In this document: positions 1 to 9,723 of the stretch, piece after piece
How the letters are laid out: each line of letters begins with the position of its first letter
Numbering within the stretch: the first letter of the stretch is position 1
NCBI RefSeq assembly: GCF_023585785.1
Contig: NZ_CP097765.1
Coordinates: 360,001 to 392,000 of the forward strand
Source of the DNA: Blochmannia endosymbiont of Camponotus modoc
Lineage (GTDB): Bacteria; Pseudomonadota; Gammaproteobacteria; Enterobacterales; Enterobacteriaceae
Length of the DNA stretch: 32,000 bases
Reading direction: 5' to 3'
Made by a program: the position numbers and the translations under genes
The notes under the pieces: model-generated
Told to the model about the DNA's origin: nothing
The model's input: only the letters and a program-made list of their open reading frames with translations
Database searches by the model: none

Positions 1-2296
1 TATCCTTAATGAACGATAAACTTTGTTGTATAATTTGTTGATTTCTTAAAGAATCTATTTCTTTTTCTAATTTTTGATAACGACATTTAAATTCATATAT
101 TTTACTTAATATATTCTTATCATCACTTTGAGTCGATTGAAAAATATTTCTAAGTAACATTTTATATTGATGTATTACAGATAATGCTACGTTATTAGTT
201 ACTGCTTCAACACGTCTAATACCAGCAGCAATACTACATTCTTTGGTAATTACAAATATACCAATTTCTCCAGTATGCTCAGCATGAGTTCCTCCGCATA
301 ATTCAGTAGAAAAATTTCCTATTTTTAGAACACGAACTTCTTTATCATATTGTTTATTTATCAATATTACAGCTTCACTATTTCTAGCTGCTTCTATTGG
401 CATAATGTCAACTGTAATAGGAGTATTCTTCCAAATTTGTTCATTTACAATATTTTCTACTGTATTCATTTGTGTTGTCGTCATCGTTGCATGATGATAA
501 AAATCAAACCGTAAGTATCGATCGTTTACCAAGGATCCTTTTTGCGTAACGTGAGATCCGAGAACTTGAGACAACGCAGCATGTAGCAAATGCGTAGCGG
601 AGTGATTTAAAGAAATACATTTCCTTTTATGTTGATCTACTTGAGCGACTATTTCCTCCCCCACGCTAATAGTCCCTCTATTAACTATCCCTAAATGACC
701 TATTGTTTGTCCATATTTTTTTGTATTAATAACCTGAAAAAATCCGGACATAGTATTTAATTGACCACAATCTCCAATTTGGCCCCCAGATTCTCCATAA
801 AAAGGAGTATTATTCAGAATCACTATTCCTTCTTCTTTTGTATAAATTTTATTTATTGATTTATTGTTTTGGAACAATGCTATTACTCGGGATTTACAAA
901 TCAGTTGATCGTATCCAACAAATATGCTTGATATATTACAAAATGATAATTTTTCATAATTTATATCACATTTATTTAATTCTTTCGTATATTTTTTTTG
1001 TGTCAACATAGCTTGATCAAATCCTGCTTGATCTACGTGTATGCCACGTTTTAAACAGACGTCTTGAGTTAATTCCAATGGAAATCCATAAGTATCATAT
1101 AAATTAAATGCTATTTCACCATTTAGACAATTTCCTTTTAATCGTATTAATTGTTTTTCCAATAATTCTAAACCTCTTTTTAAAGTATCTTGAAATAATT
1201 TTTCTTCACTAAGTAAAATTTCTGCTATAAAATCTTTCTTTTCATGTAAAGTATCGGCTATATGCTGCATATATTTAATAAGAGGAGAAACTAATTTGTA
1301 AAAAAAAATATCATTTACACCTAATCTTTTTCCATGAAGAATAGCTCTACGAATAATACGGCGTAATACATAACCACGTCCTTCATTAGCAGGAAGGACT
1401 CCGTCTTGGATTAAAAATGAACATGTACGAATATGATCAGCAATCACATACACAGATCTATTTATATAGATATCATTAATTTTCATGATTCGAGATATAG
1501 AAGATATTAATTTCCTAAATACATCAATAGAAAAATTACTATTTACTCCCTGCAATATTGAAGTAATACGTTCCAAACCCATTCCAGTATCTACTGATAA
1601 CATAGGGAGCGATAAAAGATGACCACTTTCTTGACGATCAAACTGCATAAATACTAAATTCCAAATTTCAACATATCTTTCCCCAAATTCTTCTAAACTG
1701 CCAGGAGGCCCCCCTTGAAATCGATCACCACGATCATAAAATATTTCTGAACAAGGTCCACAAGGCCCGATATTTCCCATTTGCCAAAAATTATCAGAAT
1801 CACAAAAATCATTTGTATTGTTACCAATTCTAACAATATGTTCATTAGGAATATCTATTTTCTTTGACCAAATATTATAAGATTCACCATCGCAATTATG
1901 CACTGTTACCCATAATTTATTTTTAGATAAATTGAACCAATTAACGTCAGTCAATAACTCCCAAGCAAACTGAATAGCCTCATTTTTAAAATAATCTCCA
2001 AAACTAAAATTACCTAACATCTCAAAAAATGTTAAATGTCTCTCAGTATATCCAACATTATTTAAATCATTATGTTTACCTCCAGCACGTACACAACGTT
2101 GCGCAGTAGCAACACGTTTAAATAATGGCTTATCAATTCCTAAAAATATATTTTTAAACTGATTCATACCGGAGTTAGTAAATAATAATGTTCGATCACT
2201 ATTAGGAATCAAAGTACTGCTTGAAACAATTTCATGTCCTTTTTTTTTAAAAAAATTAAGAAATTCTTGACGAATATCATCAATATTTTTGTACAT
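1..2296 (-). CDS. alaS: alanine--tRNA ligase, C-terminus cut off by the left window edge (about 765 codons present)
   Basis: Absent from the ORF track because it runs off the edge. Reverse translation from the ATG at 2296-2294 gives [91 protein letters not shown]. This tracks the E. coli AlaRS N-terminus almost residue for residue. I also translated positions 2-601: [53 protein letters not shown], the editing-domain HxxxH and CGGTH motifs. The frame is open to position 2. Confidence 0.95.
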   Translation of the reverse strand, partial: MYKNIDDIRQEFLNFFKKKGHEIVSSSTLIPNSDRTLLFTNSGMNQFKNIFLGIDKPLFKRVATAQRCVRAGGKHNDLNNVGYTERHLTFFEMLGNFSFGDYFKNEAIQFAWELLTDVNWFNLSKNKLWVTVHNCDGESYNIWSKKIDIPNEHIVRIGNNTNDFCDSDNFWQMGNIGPCGPCSEIFYDRGDRFQGGPPGSLEEFGERYVEIWNLVFMQFDRQESGHLLSLPMLSVDTGMGLERITSILQGVNSNFSIDVFRKLISSISRIMKINDIYINRSVYVIADHIRTCSFLIQDGVLPANEGRGYVLRRIIRRAILHGKRLGVNDIFFYKLVSPLIKYMQHIADTLHEKKDFIAEILLSEEKLFQDTLKRGLELLEKQLIRLKGNCLNGEIAFNLYDTYGFPLELTQDVCLKRGIHVDQAGFDQAMLTQKKYTKELNKCDINYEKLSFCNISSIFVGYDQLICKSRVIALFQNNKSINKIYTKEEGIVILNNTPFYGESGGQIGDCGQLNTMSGFFQVINTKKYGQTIGHLGIVNRGTISVGEEIVAQVDQHKRKCISLNHSATHLLHAALSQVLGSHVTQKGSLVNDRYLRFDFYHHATMTTTQMNTVENIVNEQIWKNTPITVDIMPIEAARNSEAVILINKQYDKEVRVLKIGNFSTELCGGTHAEHTGEIGIFVITKECSIAAGIRRVEAVTNNVALSVIHQYKMLLRNIFQSTQSDDKNILSKIYEFKCRYQKLEKEIDSLRNQQIIQQSLSFIKD

Positions 2297-2300
2297 ATAG

Positions 2301-2325
2301 ATTCCATCATGGAATAAAATTCCAT
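2301..2325 (-). repeat. three alternating copies of one 7-mer (ATTCCAT, ATGGAAT, ATTCCAT) 5-29 nt upstream of the alaS start codon, giving two mutually exclusive palindromes/hairpins
   Basis: Read directly: 2301-2307 ATTCCAT, 2308 C, 2309-2315 ATGGAAT, 2316-2318 AAA, 2319-2325 ATTCCAT. In mRNA sense this is ATGGAAT-TTT-ATTCCAT-G-ATGGAAT-CTAT-ATG. The repeat itself is certain; any function is not. Confidence 0.5.
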
Positions 2326-3188
2326 ATATATAACTTGTATGACTATGTATTATAAACAATTTTCGAAAAGATAGAAATCAAAATCACAGAATATTATGTA
2401 TATTTAAAATATATAAAAATTCATTTTTTACATAAACATCACTAATTATTACTAATAATACAATAATTTACTATTTTACAAATAAATTTCAAAAAAGTAC
2501 AAAATTTAAAATTTTTATAAATAATTTTTTATGTTTATCTATAATAATGATAAGTATTTAAGTAAGGTATCAAACTATTTCCATAGATAATTTTAAAAAA
2601 TGGATGTAATTTTTTTGGTTAATAATGTACGTTTGTGTTTATTAAATATTGTTTCTAACAACATTTCATTAGCATATGTATAGATATGTATTCCAATGTT
2701 ATTTTGAAATAAATCAGAAGTATCAAAGTACATTAACACTTTTAATACAATATTCTTCAAATATCATTATCATTTTAAACATATTTTTTTTGCAACAACA
2801 TGAACAAAATATAATGCAATTTTTCACAGTTACCATAACTTTATTGCCGTACTCAAATTGCGATAAATTTTATTGTTTTGATTAATGTCGTAGTCGCATA
2901 AAAACATTATTATGTAGCTCAATACTATATTTCATAAAATCAAACAAAGATGATCTTTCTTGCATGATTAACGTATATCAATAGATTTACATGTAATGTA
3001 GATACCTGAAAAATAACATATAAAATCATGCACATGTATTTTTACGTTAATAACTGACCAAAATTATTTAAACTAAAATATTTCAAATAATTATTTGATC
3101 AATTCAATCATAAAAAGTAATATTTATTTGTACAAATATAATATTTTCGTATATCCGAAATAAAATATTAATTTTTAATCAATTTAAA

Positions 3189-4136
3189 TTACCTATGTTG
3201 GAGATAAAATAAAGGATCTACAGATTTTCCTTTATATCTGATTTCAAAATGTAATTTTACTTCATTAGTCCCGCTGTTACCCATGGTTGCGATCTTGTCG
3301 CCCATCTTAACTGTTTGCTGTTCATTAACCAAAATCATATCGTTGTGCGCATAAGCGCTAAGATAGTTATTATCATGCTTGAGAATAATCAAGTTACCGT
3401 ATCCTTTCAATGTATTCCCAATATATACTACTTTTCCATTAGCGGTAGCCAAGATAGGCTGACCTAAAGCGCCGGATATATCAATTCCTTTATTACCTCT
3501 TTCAGAATCAGAAAAAGTATTAATAATAATACCATTTGTTGGCCAATACCAGTCCTTGATTGTTACTAAGTCTGACGTTGTTGAACTAGAAATCGTATTA
3601 TAAGACATGTCCATATTAGAATAAGTATTGTTATACGTCCTAGAACAAAACAATTGTTTTTTAACAAAAAATAACATTTTTTTAAAAGCATGATTGCCGC
3701 TATTAAAAGGAATAAAAATTTCTTTTAAGAATTTTTCAAAATACAACCACATTGTATTACGATGTACTATTAAAACTTGATCTACTTTCAATACATTTGC
3801 ATCTTTAATATTATTGATTTTTGCTAAATTTAAACAATTATTTCCCGTAATCCAAGCAATATAAAACAAAGTATCGCCCGATTTTACTGTATATGTAGAC
3901 TTGCGATAAGAACTATAATTTGTATGATTGTACTTATGAATGGTAGCAACAGAAGGTATTTTCTGTGGATACCGTATATTTGTTTTTTTATCTTGAGACA
4001 TATAGATAGTAACGTCAGAATTCAGGGATTGTGACGCGCATTTACTGTGGTATCTATGGATCTTATCACTAGAACATCCCTCTATAAATACAAGAACTAC
4101 TATTATATAAATTATCGATCTGCTATCTATTAGCAT
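3189..4136 (-). CDS. nlpD: murein hydrolase activator NlpD-like lipoprotein (LysM domain plus degenerate LytM/M23 domain)
   Basis: The 315-aa ORF has an N-terminal hydrophobic signal with a lipobox-like FIEGC. It has a LysM-like segment YTVKSGDTLFYIAWITGNN..LKVDQVLIV. The C-terminal WYWPTNG..GNKGIDISGALGQPILATANGKVVYIGNTLKGYGNLIILKHDNNYLSAYAHND..LHFEIRYKGKSVDPLFYL is close to the E. coli NlpD LytM domain. The P/Q-rich linker is replaced by an aromatic/K-rich one. Confidence 0.9.
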   Translation of the reverse strand: MLIDSRSIIYIIVVLVFIEGCSSDKIHRYHSKCASQSLNSDVTIYMSQDKKTNIRYPQKIPSVATIHKYNHTNYSSYRKSTYTVKSGDTLFYIAWITGNNCLNLAKINNIKDANVLKVDQVLIVHRNTMWLYFEKFLKEIFIPFNSGNHAFKKMLFFVKKQLFCSRTYNNTYSNMDMSYNTISSSTTSDLVTIKDWYWPTNGIIINTFSDSERGNKGIDISGALGQPILATANGKVVYIGNTLKGYGNLIILKHDNNYLSAYAHNDMILVNEQQTVKMGDKIATMGNSGTNEVKLHFEIRYKGKSVDPLFYLQHR

Positions 4137-4714
4137 AATAGATGTGCTAAACTCCTCTGCTCCCTGCTTATTTTCTATTGATAATTTATTTTTTTAAGAA
4201 TCATACAATATACGAATAACACATATGCACTCGACATTAATATTAAACACATTTTATATAATCAAATAAATAACTCATAAATTTAACATACATTCCAATA
4301 CATCGTATTGGTAGCCAAGTATATAATACTTACTTAATACACACAACAATAGAATTATTTTTAGTAATTTTTTAAAATCATTATTATATATTTTTAATAT
4401 CTACACATTTTTTGTCTTATAGAAAAAAATCACTAGTGTATAGTATATATAAAAAAATAAATAAGTATCTTATAAAACTGGAATAATTTCGTATTTTTTA
4501 TAAATCATTAATGTTTATATTCAATATACATGTCAAATATAAATGCCATACGATAATATATATCCTCGTTTTTATATAAAATCTGATGATACTGGTTATA
4601 GTAATTTGCTAATAGATAGTAAATATCAGAATATCACATACATTTTGTGTATCAATTTAGATAGAGTTAGTCACACATCATGATAACCGTAATAATAATT
4701 AAAATAATTCTTAG

Positions 4715-4741
4715 ATAAATCTATCGTATCGATAGATTTAT
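4715..4741 (-). terminator. candidate intrinsic terminator of the ftsB-ispD-ispF unit
   Basis: Perfect 12-bp stem ATAAATCTATCG / CGATAGATTTAT (4715-4726 and 4730-4741) with a 3-nt loop, about 50 nt downstream of the ispF stop. In mRNA sense it is followed by CTAAGAATTATTTTAATTATTATT, which is U-rich but not immediately adjacent. The stem is AT-rich, and one 12-bp stem is roughly expected by chance in the spacers of this window. Confidence 0.4.
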
Positions 4742-4792
4742 ATGTAAACTATGAAATAGAAATATACGTATTTTATTATTTTAATAAAATAT

Positions 4793-5266
4793 TTAACGTG
4801 TTAATAACACGACTGCTATACACGCAATACCTTCAGATCGGCCGATATATCCCAGTGTGTCAGTCGTAGTGGCTTTTATATTAATACTAGTTACTGAACA
4901 ATTTAAGTCTTGAGATAAATGATGTTTCATCTGATAAATATATGTGTTTATCCTTGGGATTTGTAGGATTACGGTAATATCTATATTTTCTAATAAGAAT
5001 CCTTGCATGGTAATTTTTTTCCAAGCAATTCGTAACAATTTTCGACTATCTATATTATTATATTTAGCATCAGTATCCGGAAACATCGACCCAATATCAC
5101 CATAACAAGCAGCTCCCAATAAAGCATCGATTAGCGAATGCATCATTACATCGCCATCAGAATGCGCTTTAATTCCTTTCATAAAGGGGATACTTACCCC
5201 CCCAATGGTAAGCGGCCGACATCCTCCAAATTGGTGCACATCAAACCCATAACCAATACGTAACAT
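4793..5266 (-). CDS. ispF: 2-C-methyl-D-erythritol 2,4-cyclodiphosphate synthase
   Basis: The 157-aa ORF reads [64 protein letters not shown] and is collinear with E. coli IspF. AAGGA lies in the 14-nt gap after the ispD stop. Confidence 0.95.
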   Translation of the reverse strand: MLRIGYGFDVHQFGGCRPLTIGGVSIPFMKGIKAHSDGDVMMHSLIDALLGAACYGDIGSMFPDTDAKYNNIDSRKLLRIAWKKITMQGFLLENIDITVILQIPRINTYIYQMKHHLSQDLNCSVTSINIKATTTDTLGYIGRSEGIACIAVVLLTR

Positions 5267-5280
5267 GCTTACAATCCTTG

Positions 5281-5991
5281 TTAAGTTTCTTTATATAATT
5301 TAGATAAATAAAAGTTAGCTAATTTTAAATCATTTTGATGGGTAACTTTTATATTGTCAGAACGACCGTGTATCACAATAGATTTATATCCACAATATTC
5401 TACAGCTGATGCTTCATCAGTAACAGTCACTCTATTTTTTAAAGCTTTTTCAAGACAATATTTTAAAAGATCATAATTAAACAACTGTGGAGTTAAAGCA
5501 TGCCATAAATTTTCACGATCTACAGTATATCTTATAAAATTAGTCCCACAGTAAGTTCGTTTAATAGTATTACAAATTGGTATTGCCAAAATGCCACCTA
5601 CTTGAGAAAATTTTGTGATCTCAAAAAGCCGTAACAAATCTTCATGATGTAAACAAGGACGCACCGCGTCATGTACAATAACCCAAACTGATTTTTTTAC
5701 ATGCTGCAATCCAGCCATAACTGAATCAGCTCGTGTGTGTCCTCCAACAACTACACTAACTCTAGGATCGTAAGAAATAGATAATTGACGAAACCAACGA
5801 TCACGTGCATTAATTACTACGATGCAATGACGAATACATGATTGACATAACAAGGCGTTCATGGAATGTTCAAGCAAAGTTTTATCACCTATGGTGCAGT
5901 ATTGTTTCGGCAATAAACTTTTCATGCGTTTTCCAGTTCCTGCTGCTGGCAGGATAGCAGTAATGTATGGAATTTTTTTTTTCAACAACAT
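5281..5991 (-). CDS. ispD: 2-C-methyl-D-erythritol 4-phosphate cytidylyltransferase
   Basis: Motifs [14 protein letters not shown] and VHDAVRPC are present, and the length matches E. coli IspD. The ORF track starts at a GTG at 6006. I prefer the first ATG at 5991 ([18 protein letters not shown]), but neither start has a clear SD, so the start is uncertain by 15 nt. Confidence 0.9.
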   Translation of the reverse strand: MLLKKKIPYITAILPAAGTGKRMKSLLPKQYCTIGDKTLLEHSMNALLCQSCIRHCIVVINARDRWFRQLSISYDPRVSVVVGGHTRADSVMAGLQHVKKSVWVIVHDAVRPCLHHEDLLRLFEITKFSQVGGILAIPICNTIKRTYCGTNFIRYTVDRENLWHALTPQLFNYDLLKYCLEKALKNRVTVTDEASAVEYCGYKSIVIHGRSDNIKVTHQNDLKLANFYLSKLYKET

Positions 5992-6062
5992 ATTTAGTAT
6001 AAACACTTACATATATCAAAATAATTAAACCATCGTTGAACTTTATTTAATTGATATTGCTA

Positions 6063-6338
6063 TCACAATGTTATTAAATAAAAAGTTTCACCGAGTTTAA
6101 TCATACCAAGATCATATCTTGATCGTTCTTCAATTGCTTCATATCCGTGAAGTAAATCATAAATTTCATACAATAATTGATTGTTACGAACCTTCAGTTG
6201 ATCAATATTATTAATATTTTTATATAATGTAATTGCATTATGAATATTTATTAAATCACAAATACCATTTTTTCCTAACCAAAGTGAGTATTGTAACCAA
6301 GTCAACAATGCCACCAATATACAATTCAACTTGTTCAT
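6063..6338 (-). CDS. ftsB: cell division protein FtsB
   Basis: The 91-aa ORF contains LLTWLQYSLWLGKNGI..QLKVRNNQLLYEI..GYEAIEERSRYDLGMIKLGETFY. This matches the E. coli FtsB TM/coiled-coil pattern ([36 protein letters not shown]) and sits upstream of ispD as in E. coli. Confidence 0.9.
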   Translation of the reverse strand: MNKLNCILVALLTWLQYSLWLGKNGICDLINIHNAITLYKNINNIDQLKVRNNQLLYEIYDLLHGYEAIEERSRYDLGMIKLGETFYLITL

Positions 6339-6694
6339 TTTTTCGCCAATTCATTATATTTTATGTTGATTTAATCGATTATATTCACCATATAGTCAAC
6401 TCGCTGTTACCGATAATGAATAAATATCTATTAAATAGGTAATTATGGTCCATTAAATATATAATTGTAGTTATTGATATAAACTTATAATGCATGTTAG
6501 AATAACTGGTTTAAAAATCATCGTAAACTATTATGATTTTATTATAAAAGAGTATTTCTTTTTTAAAAGATTTATTTTAATTATAAAGTATAAAACTGTT
6601 GCTATTAAAACAAAATAGTCTTTATTAAAGATAAAATCTAATCACCATAGAATATGCTTAATCATACAAACTATTAAGTATATAAATTTATATT

Positions 6695-6717
6695 ACTTAT
6701 CTATTAGATAGATAAGT
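6695..6717 (-). terminator. hairpin enclosing the cysC stop codon; possible 3'-end structure of the cysG-cysDNC unit
   Basis: Perfect 10-bp stem ACTTATCTAT / ATAGATAAGT (6695-6704 and 6708-6717) with a 3-nt loop. In mRNA sense it reads GAC TTA TCT ATC TAA TAG ATA AGT, so the TAA stop sits at the loop and is followed in frame by TAG. There is no adjacent U-run, so it is not a canonical terminator. Confidence 0.3.
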
Positions 6718-7339
6718 CTATTTTAAACAAATGTTCAATACACGATGATCGCAATATTTGATTAATTAACTCTATGATCGATTTTTGACCATCTAAATAT
6801 ATATCTGGTTTTTTTGGTCGTTCGTAAGGAGAACTTATACCAGTAAAATTTTCTATTTCACCTGCTCTAGCTCTTTTGTACAAACCTTTTGAATCGCGTT
6901 GTTCACACACACGAAAGGGTGTATCAACAAATATTTCAATAAAATGATTGATAGGAAACATGTTACGTACCATTTGACGCTCACGATAATAAGGAGAAAT
7001 AAAAGTAGCCAATACCACTACACCAGCATCAACTAGCAATCGCGCTGTTTCTCCTACTCGACGTATATTTTCATGTCGATCATGATCACTAAATCCTAAA
7101 TCCCGACACAATCCATGTCGGACATTGTCTCCATCTAACATATATGTGCTGATATTTCTATGATGTAATTTTGTTTCTAAAACATTAGCTAAAATTGACT
7201 TACCAGATCCTGATAGCCCTGTAAACCATAATAATATAGCCCGATGTTTATGTAAAAGCTCACGATCTTGTTGTGTTATATAACAGGTGTTCCAAAAAAT
7301 ATTCTTGTTGGATATACGATTGATATTTTTATGAATCAT
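6704..7339 (-). CDS. cysC: adenylyl-sulfate (APS) kinase
   Basis: Contains the P-loop GLSGSGKS, plus [30 protein letters not shown] and [23 protein letters not shown]. The ORF-track start (7426) would overlap cysN by 74 nt. Alignment to E. coli CysC ([36 protein letters not shown]) supports the ATG at 7339 ([17 protein letters not shown]..), 13 nt after the cysN stop. Confidence 0.93.
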   Translation of the reverse strand: MIHKNINRISNKNIFWNTCYITQQDRELLHKHRAILLWFTGLSGSGKSILANVLETKLHHRNISTYMLDGDNVRHGLCRDLGFSDHDRHENIRRVGETARLLVDAGVVVLATFISPYYRERQMVRNMFPINHFIEIFVDTPFRVCEQRDSKGLYKRARAGEIENFTGISSPYERPKKPDIYLDGQKSIIELINQILRSSCIEHLFKIDLSI

Positions 7340-7352
7340 AATATAATTGTCA

Positions 7353-8783
7353 TCATGATAAGTCTTGGATATTCCAATGAGGAAAATGAAAACGAATAAA
7401 TTCATGTAATGCCAATTCAAATTCACTATAATTTTTATTATGCTTAAACTTATGACGTGCGATAGGGGTGCGAACCATTCCAGCTCCTACAGTTTCATTG
7501 GTTAATAAATCAATAAATATCATGCTACCAGTTGTTGGGTAACGAGAATATTGATCTAGTATCAGTGGCTCATCGAATAACAACCTTACTAGTCCAATTC
7601 CATTGAGTGAAATTGTGTTTGTCTTTTGAGATTGCAAGGTATTAACATCTATTTGGTATTCTATATTTTTTACCTGCGCTCTTATAACTTTAGTAGCAAT
7701 CTTAACATTAAAATATTGGTTTTTTTTTAATGCTTCTTTTTTCATCCATACCACATCTACCAAGGCGCTCTGAACCGGTGTAATAGTGGCATGAGAATCA
7801 ATTATCATATCTCCGCGACTAACGTCAAGATCATGTTCCAAAGTTATAGCGATTGCCTCTTTAGCCCCAGCATGTGTTTGATCCGCATTAAATTTAATAA
7901 TACGTTTAATAGTAGAAGTAGTATTTGAAGGAAAAACATTAATACGTTGTCCAACATGCATACTACCAGAAGCAATAGTGCCAACATAGCCTCTGAAATC
8001 TAAATTATGACGAATTACATACTGTACTGGAAAACGTAATTCTTTCTGCTCGAAGTGCAAGGAATCATTAATCTGGATATCTTCTAACATTTCCAACAAT
8101 GTGGGTCCGTTGTACCACTTCATATTCGTGGATAATGTTGTAACGTTATCTCCGTCTACAGCGGATATCGGAATAAATGTTGTATATATCTCAGTCGATA
8201 AATGTTTCTTAGTAAATTCTAAATATTCTTTACTAATTTTTTGAAATATTTTTTGATTATAATTTATTAAATCCATTTTATTGATTGCCACTATAATATA
8301 CTGAATACCTAGAAGTACAGTGATAAACCAATGCCTTTTAGTTTGACTCTGTATTCCTTTACGAGCATCAACTAATAAAATAGCCAATTCGCTAGTAGAA
8401 GCACCAGTAACCATATTTTTTGTATATTCTATATGTCCTGGAGTATCAGCAATGATAAATTTACGTTTTTTAGTAAAAAAATAACGATAAGCAACATCTA
8501 TAGTAATGCCTTGTGCACGTTCCGATTGTAATCCATCTACCAGCAATGCTAAGTCTAATTTATTTTTTTGAGTACCAATTTTTTTGCTATCCGTATGAAG
8601 AATAGATAACTGATCATCATAAATTTGATAAGAATCATGTAACAACCGTCCTATCAAGGTACTTTTACCATCGTCTACGCTACCACATGTAAGAAAGCGC
8701 AACAACATTTTATGTTGTTGCGCATATAGATAATTTTCAATTCCTCCATGATCGATAATTTCCTGCTCTATGGTGCTAATCAT
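7353..8783 (-). CDS. cysN: sulfate adenylyltransferase subunit 1 (GTPase)
   Basis: The 476-aa ORF carries GTPase motifs [14 protein letters not shown] and NKMD, and is collinear with E. coli CysN (475 aa). AGGA lies in the 9-nt gap after the cysD stop. Confidence 0.96.
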   Translation of the reverse strand: MISTIEQEIIDHGGIENYLYAQQHKMLLRFLTCGSVDDGKSTLIGRLLHDSYQIYDDQLSILHTDSKKIGTQKNKLDLALLVDGLQSERAQGITIDVAYRYFFTKKRKFIIADTPGHIEYTKNMVTGASTSELAILLVDARKGIQSQTKRHWFITVLLGIQYIIVAINKMDLINYNQKIFQKISKEYLEFTKKHLSTEIYTTFIPISAVDGDNVTTLSTNMKWYNGPTLLEMLEDIQINDSLHFEQKELRFPVQYVIRHNLDFRGYVGTIASGSMHVGQRINVFPSNTTSTIKRIIKFNADQTHAGAKEAIAITLEHDLDVSRGDMIIDSHATITPVQSALVDVVWMKKEALKKNQYFNVKIATKVIRAQVKNIEYQIDVNTLQSQKTNTISLNGIGLVRLLFDEPLILDQYSRYPTTGSMIFIDLLTNETVGAGMVRTPIARHKFKHNKNYSEFELALHEFIRFHFPHWNIQDLS

Positions 8784-8792
8784 AATGATCCT

Positions 8793-9707
8793 TTAGAAAT
8801 AACCTTGGCGTTTTTTATTTTCCATAGATCCGGATTGATCAAAATCAATGATTCGACCTTGACGCTCACTTTTCTTAGATATTAACATTTCTTCAATTAT
8901 TGTAGGTAATGTCTCTGCTTGAGATTCAATCGCTCCGGTTAATGGCCAACATCCCAACGTACGAAATCGTACCATACGTGTTTCTACAGTTTCTTCAGAT
9001 GTAAGATTGATGCGATCGTCATCCACCATAATCAAATTACCATTTCTGTAAATTACAGGTCGATTTTTGGCTAAGTATAATGATACTATATCAATTTTTT
9101 CAAAAAAAATATACTGCCAAATATCTAGTTCTGTCCAATTGGATAAAGGAAATACACGAATGCTTTCTCCTTTATTAATTTTTCCATTATAATTATGCCA
9201 TAATTCCGGACGTTGTTTTCTAGGATTCCAACAATGAAATTTATCTCGAAACGAATAAATTCGTTCTTTAGACCTAACTTTTTCTTCATCACGGCGAGCA
9301 CCTCCGAAAGCTGCATCGAAGTTATATTGATGTAATGCTTGCTTCAATCCTTCCGTTTTCATAATATCTGTATGTTTAGCGCTACCATGAATAAATGGGT
9401 TGATTCCCATAGATATTCCTTCTGGATTTTTATGCACTAATAACTCTAAATCATAAGATTTAGCGGTATTGTCTCGAAATACATACATTTCATGAAATTT
9501 CCAACCAGTATCTATATGTAATAAGGGAAAAGGTAATGTGCTAGGATAAAATGCTTTTCGAGCTAAATGTAACATTACTGAAGAATCCTTACCAATAGAA
9601 TATAGCATGACTGGTTTTTGAAACTCAGCAACTACTTCACGAATAATATAGATACTCTCTGACTCTAATCTATGAAAATAAGTAACATGCTTTCTATTGT
9701 GGATCAT
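8793..9707 (-). CDS. cysD: sulfate adenylyltransferase subunit 2
   Basis: The 304-aa ORF has the PP-loop [16 protein letters not shown] and a C-terminal [17 protein letters not shown] typical of CysD. AAGGA lies in the 16-nt gap after the cysG stop. Confidence 0.96.
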   Translation of the reverse strand: MIHNRKHVTYFHRLESESIYIIREVVAEFQKPVMLYSIGKDSSVMLHLARKAFYPSTLPFPLLHIDTGWKFHEMYVFRDNTAKSYDLELLVHKNPEGISMGINPFIHGSAKHTDIMKTEGLKQALHQYNFDAAFGGARRDEEKVRSKERIYSFRDKFHCWNPRKQRPELWHNYNGKINKGESIRVFPLSNWTELDIWQYIFFEKIDIVSLYLAKNRPVIYRNGNLIMVDDDRINLTSEETVETRMVRFRTLGCWPLTGAIESQAETLPTIIEEMLISKKSERQGRIIDFDQSGSMENKKRQGYF

Positions 9708-9723
9708 ATATTGTCCTTTTAAC

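Noticed and set aside
2676-2885. 69-aa plus-strand ORF in the alaS-nlpD spacer
   Set aside because: It has I/L/F/N/Q/Y-rich composition typical of random translation of AT-rich DNA. It has no SD, no recognisable motif, and sits in an otherwise stop-riddled spacer.
5386-5394. DnaA-box-like ATATCCACA (8/9 to TTATCCACA)
   Set aside because: It is a single imperfect copy inside the ispD coding sequence, with no cluster and no adjacent AT-rich 13-mers. I do not take it as evidence of an origin.
7340-7426. N-terminal extension of cysC in the ORF track (start at 7426, overlapping cysN by 74 nt)
   Set aside because: The extension ([29 protein letters not shown]) has no counterpart in CysC. Alignment to E. 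coli CysC fits the ATG at 7339, which lies just after the cysN stop.
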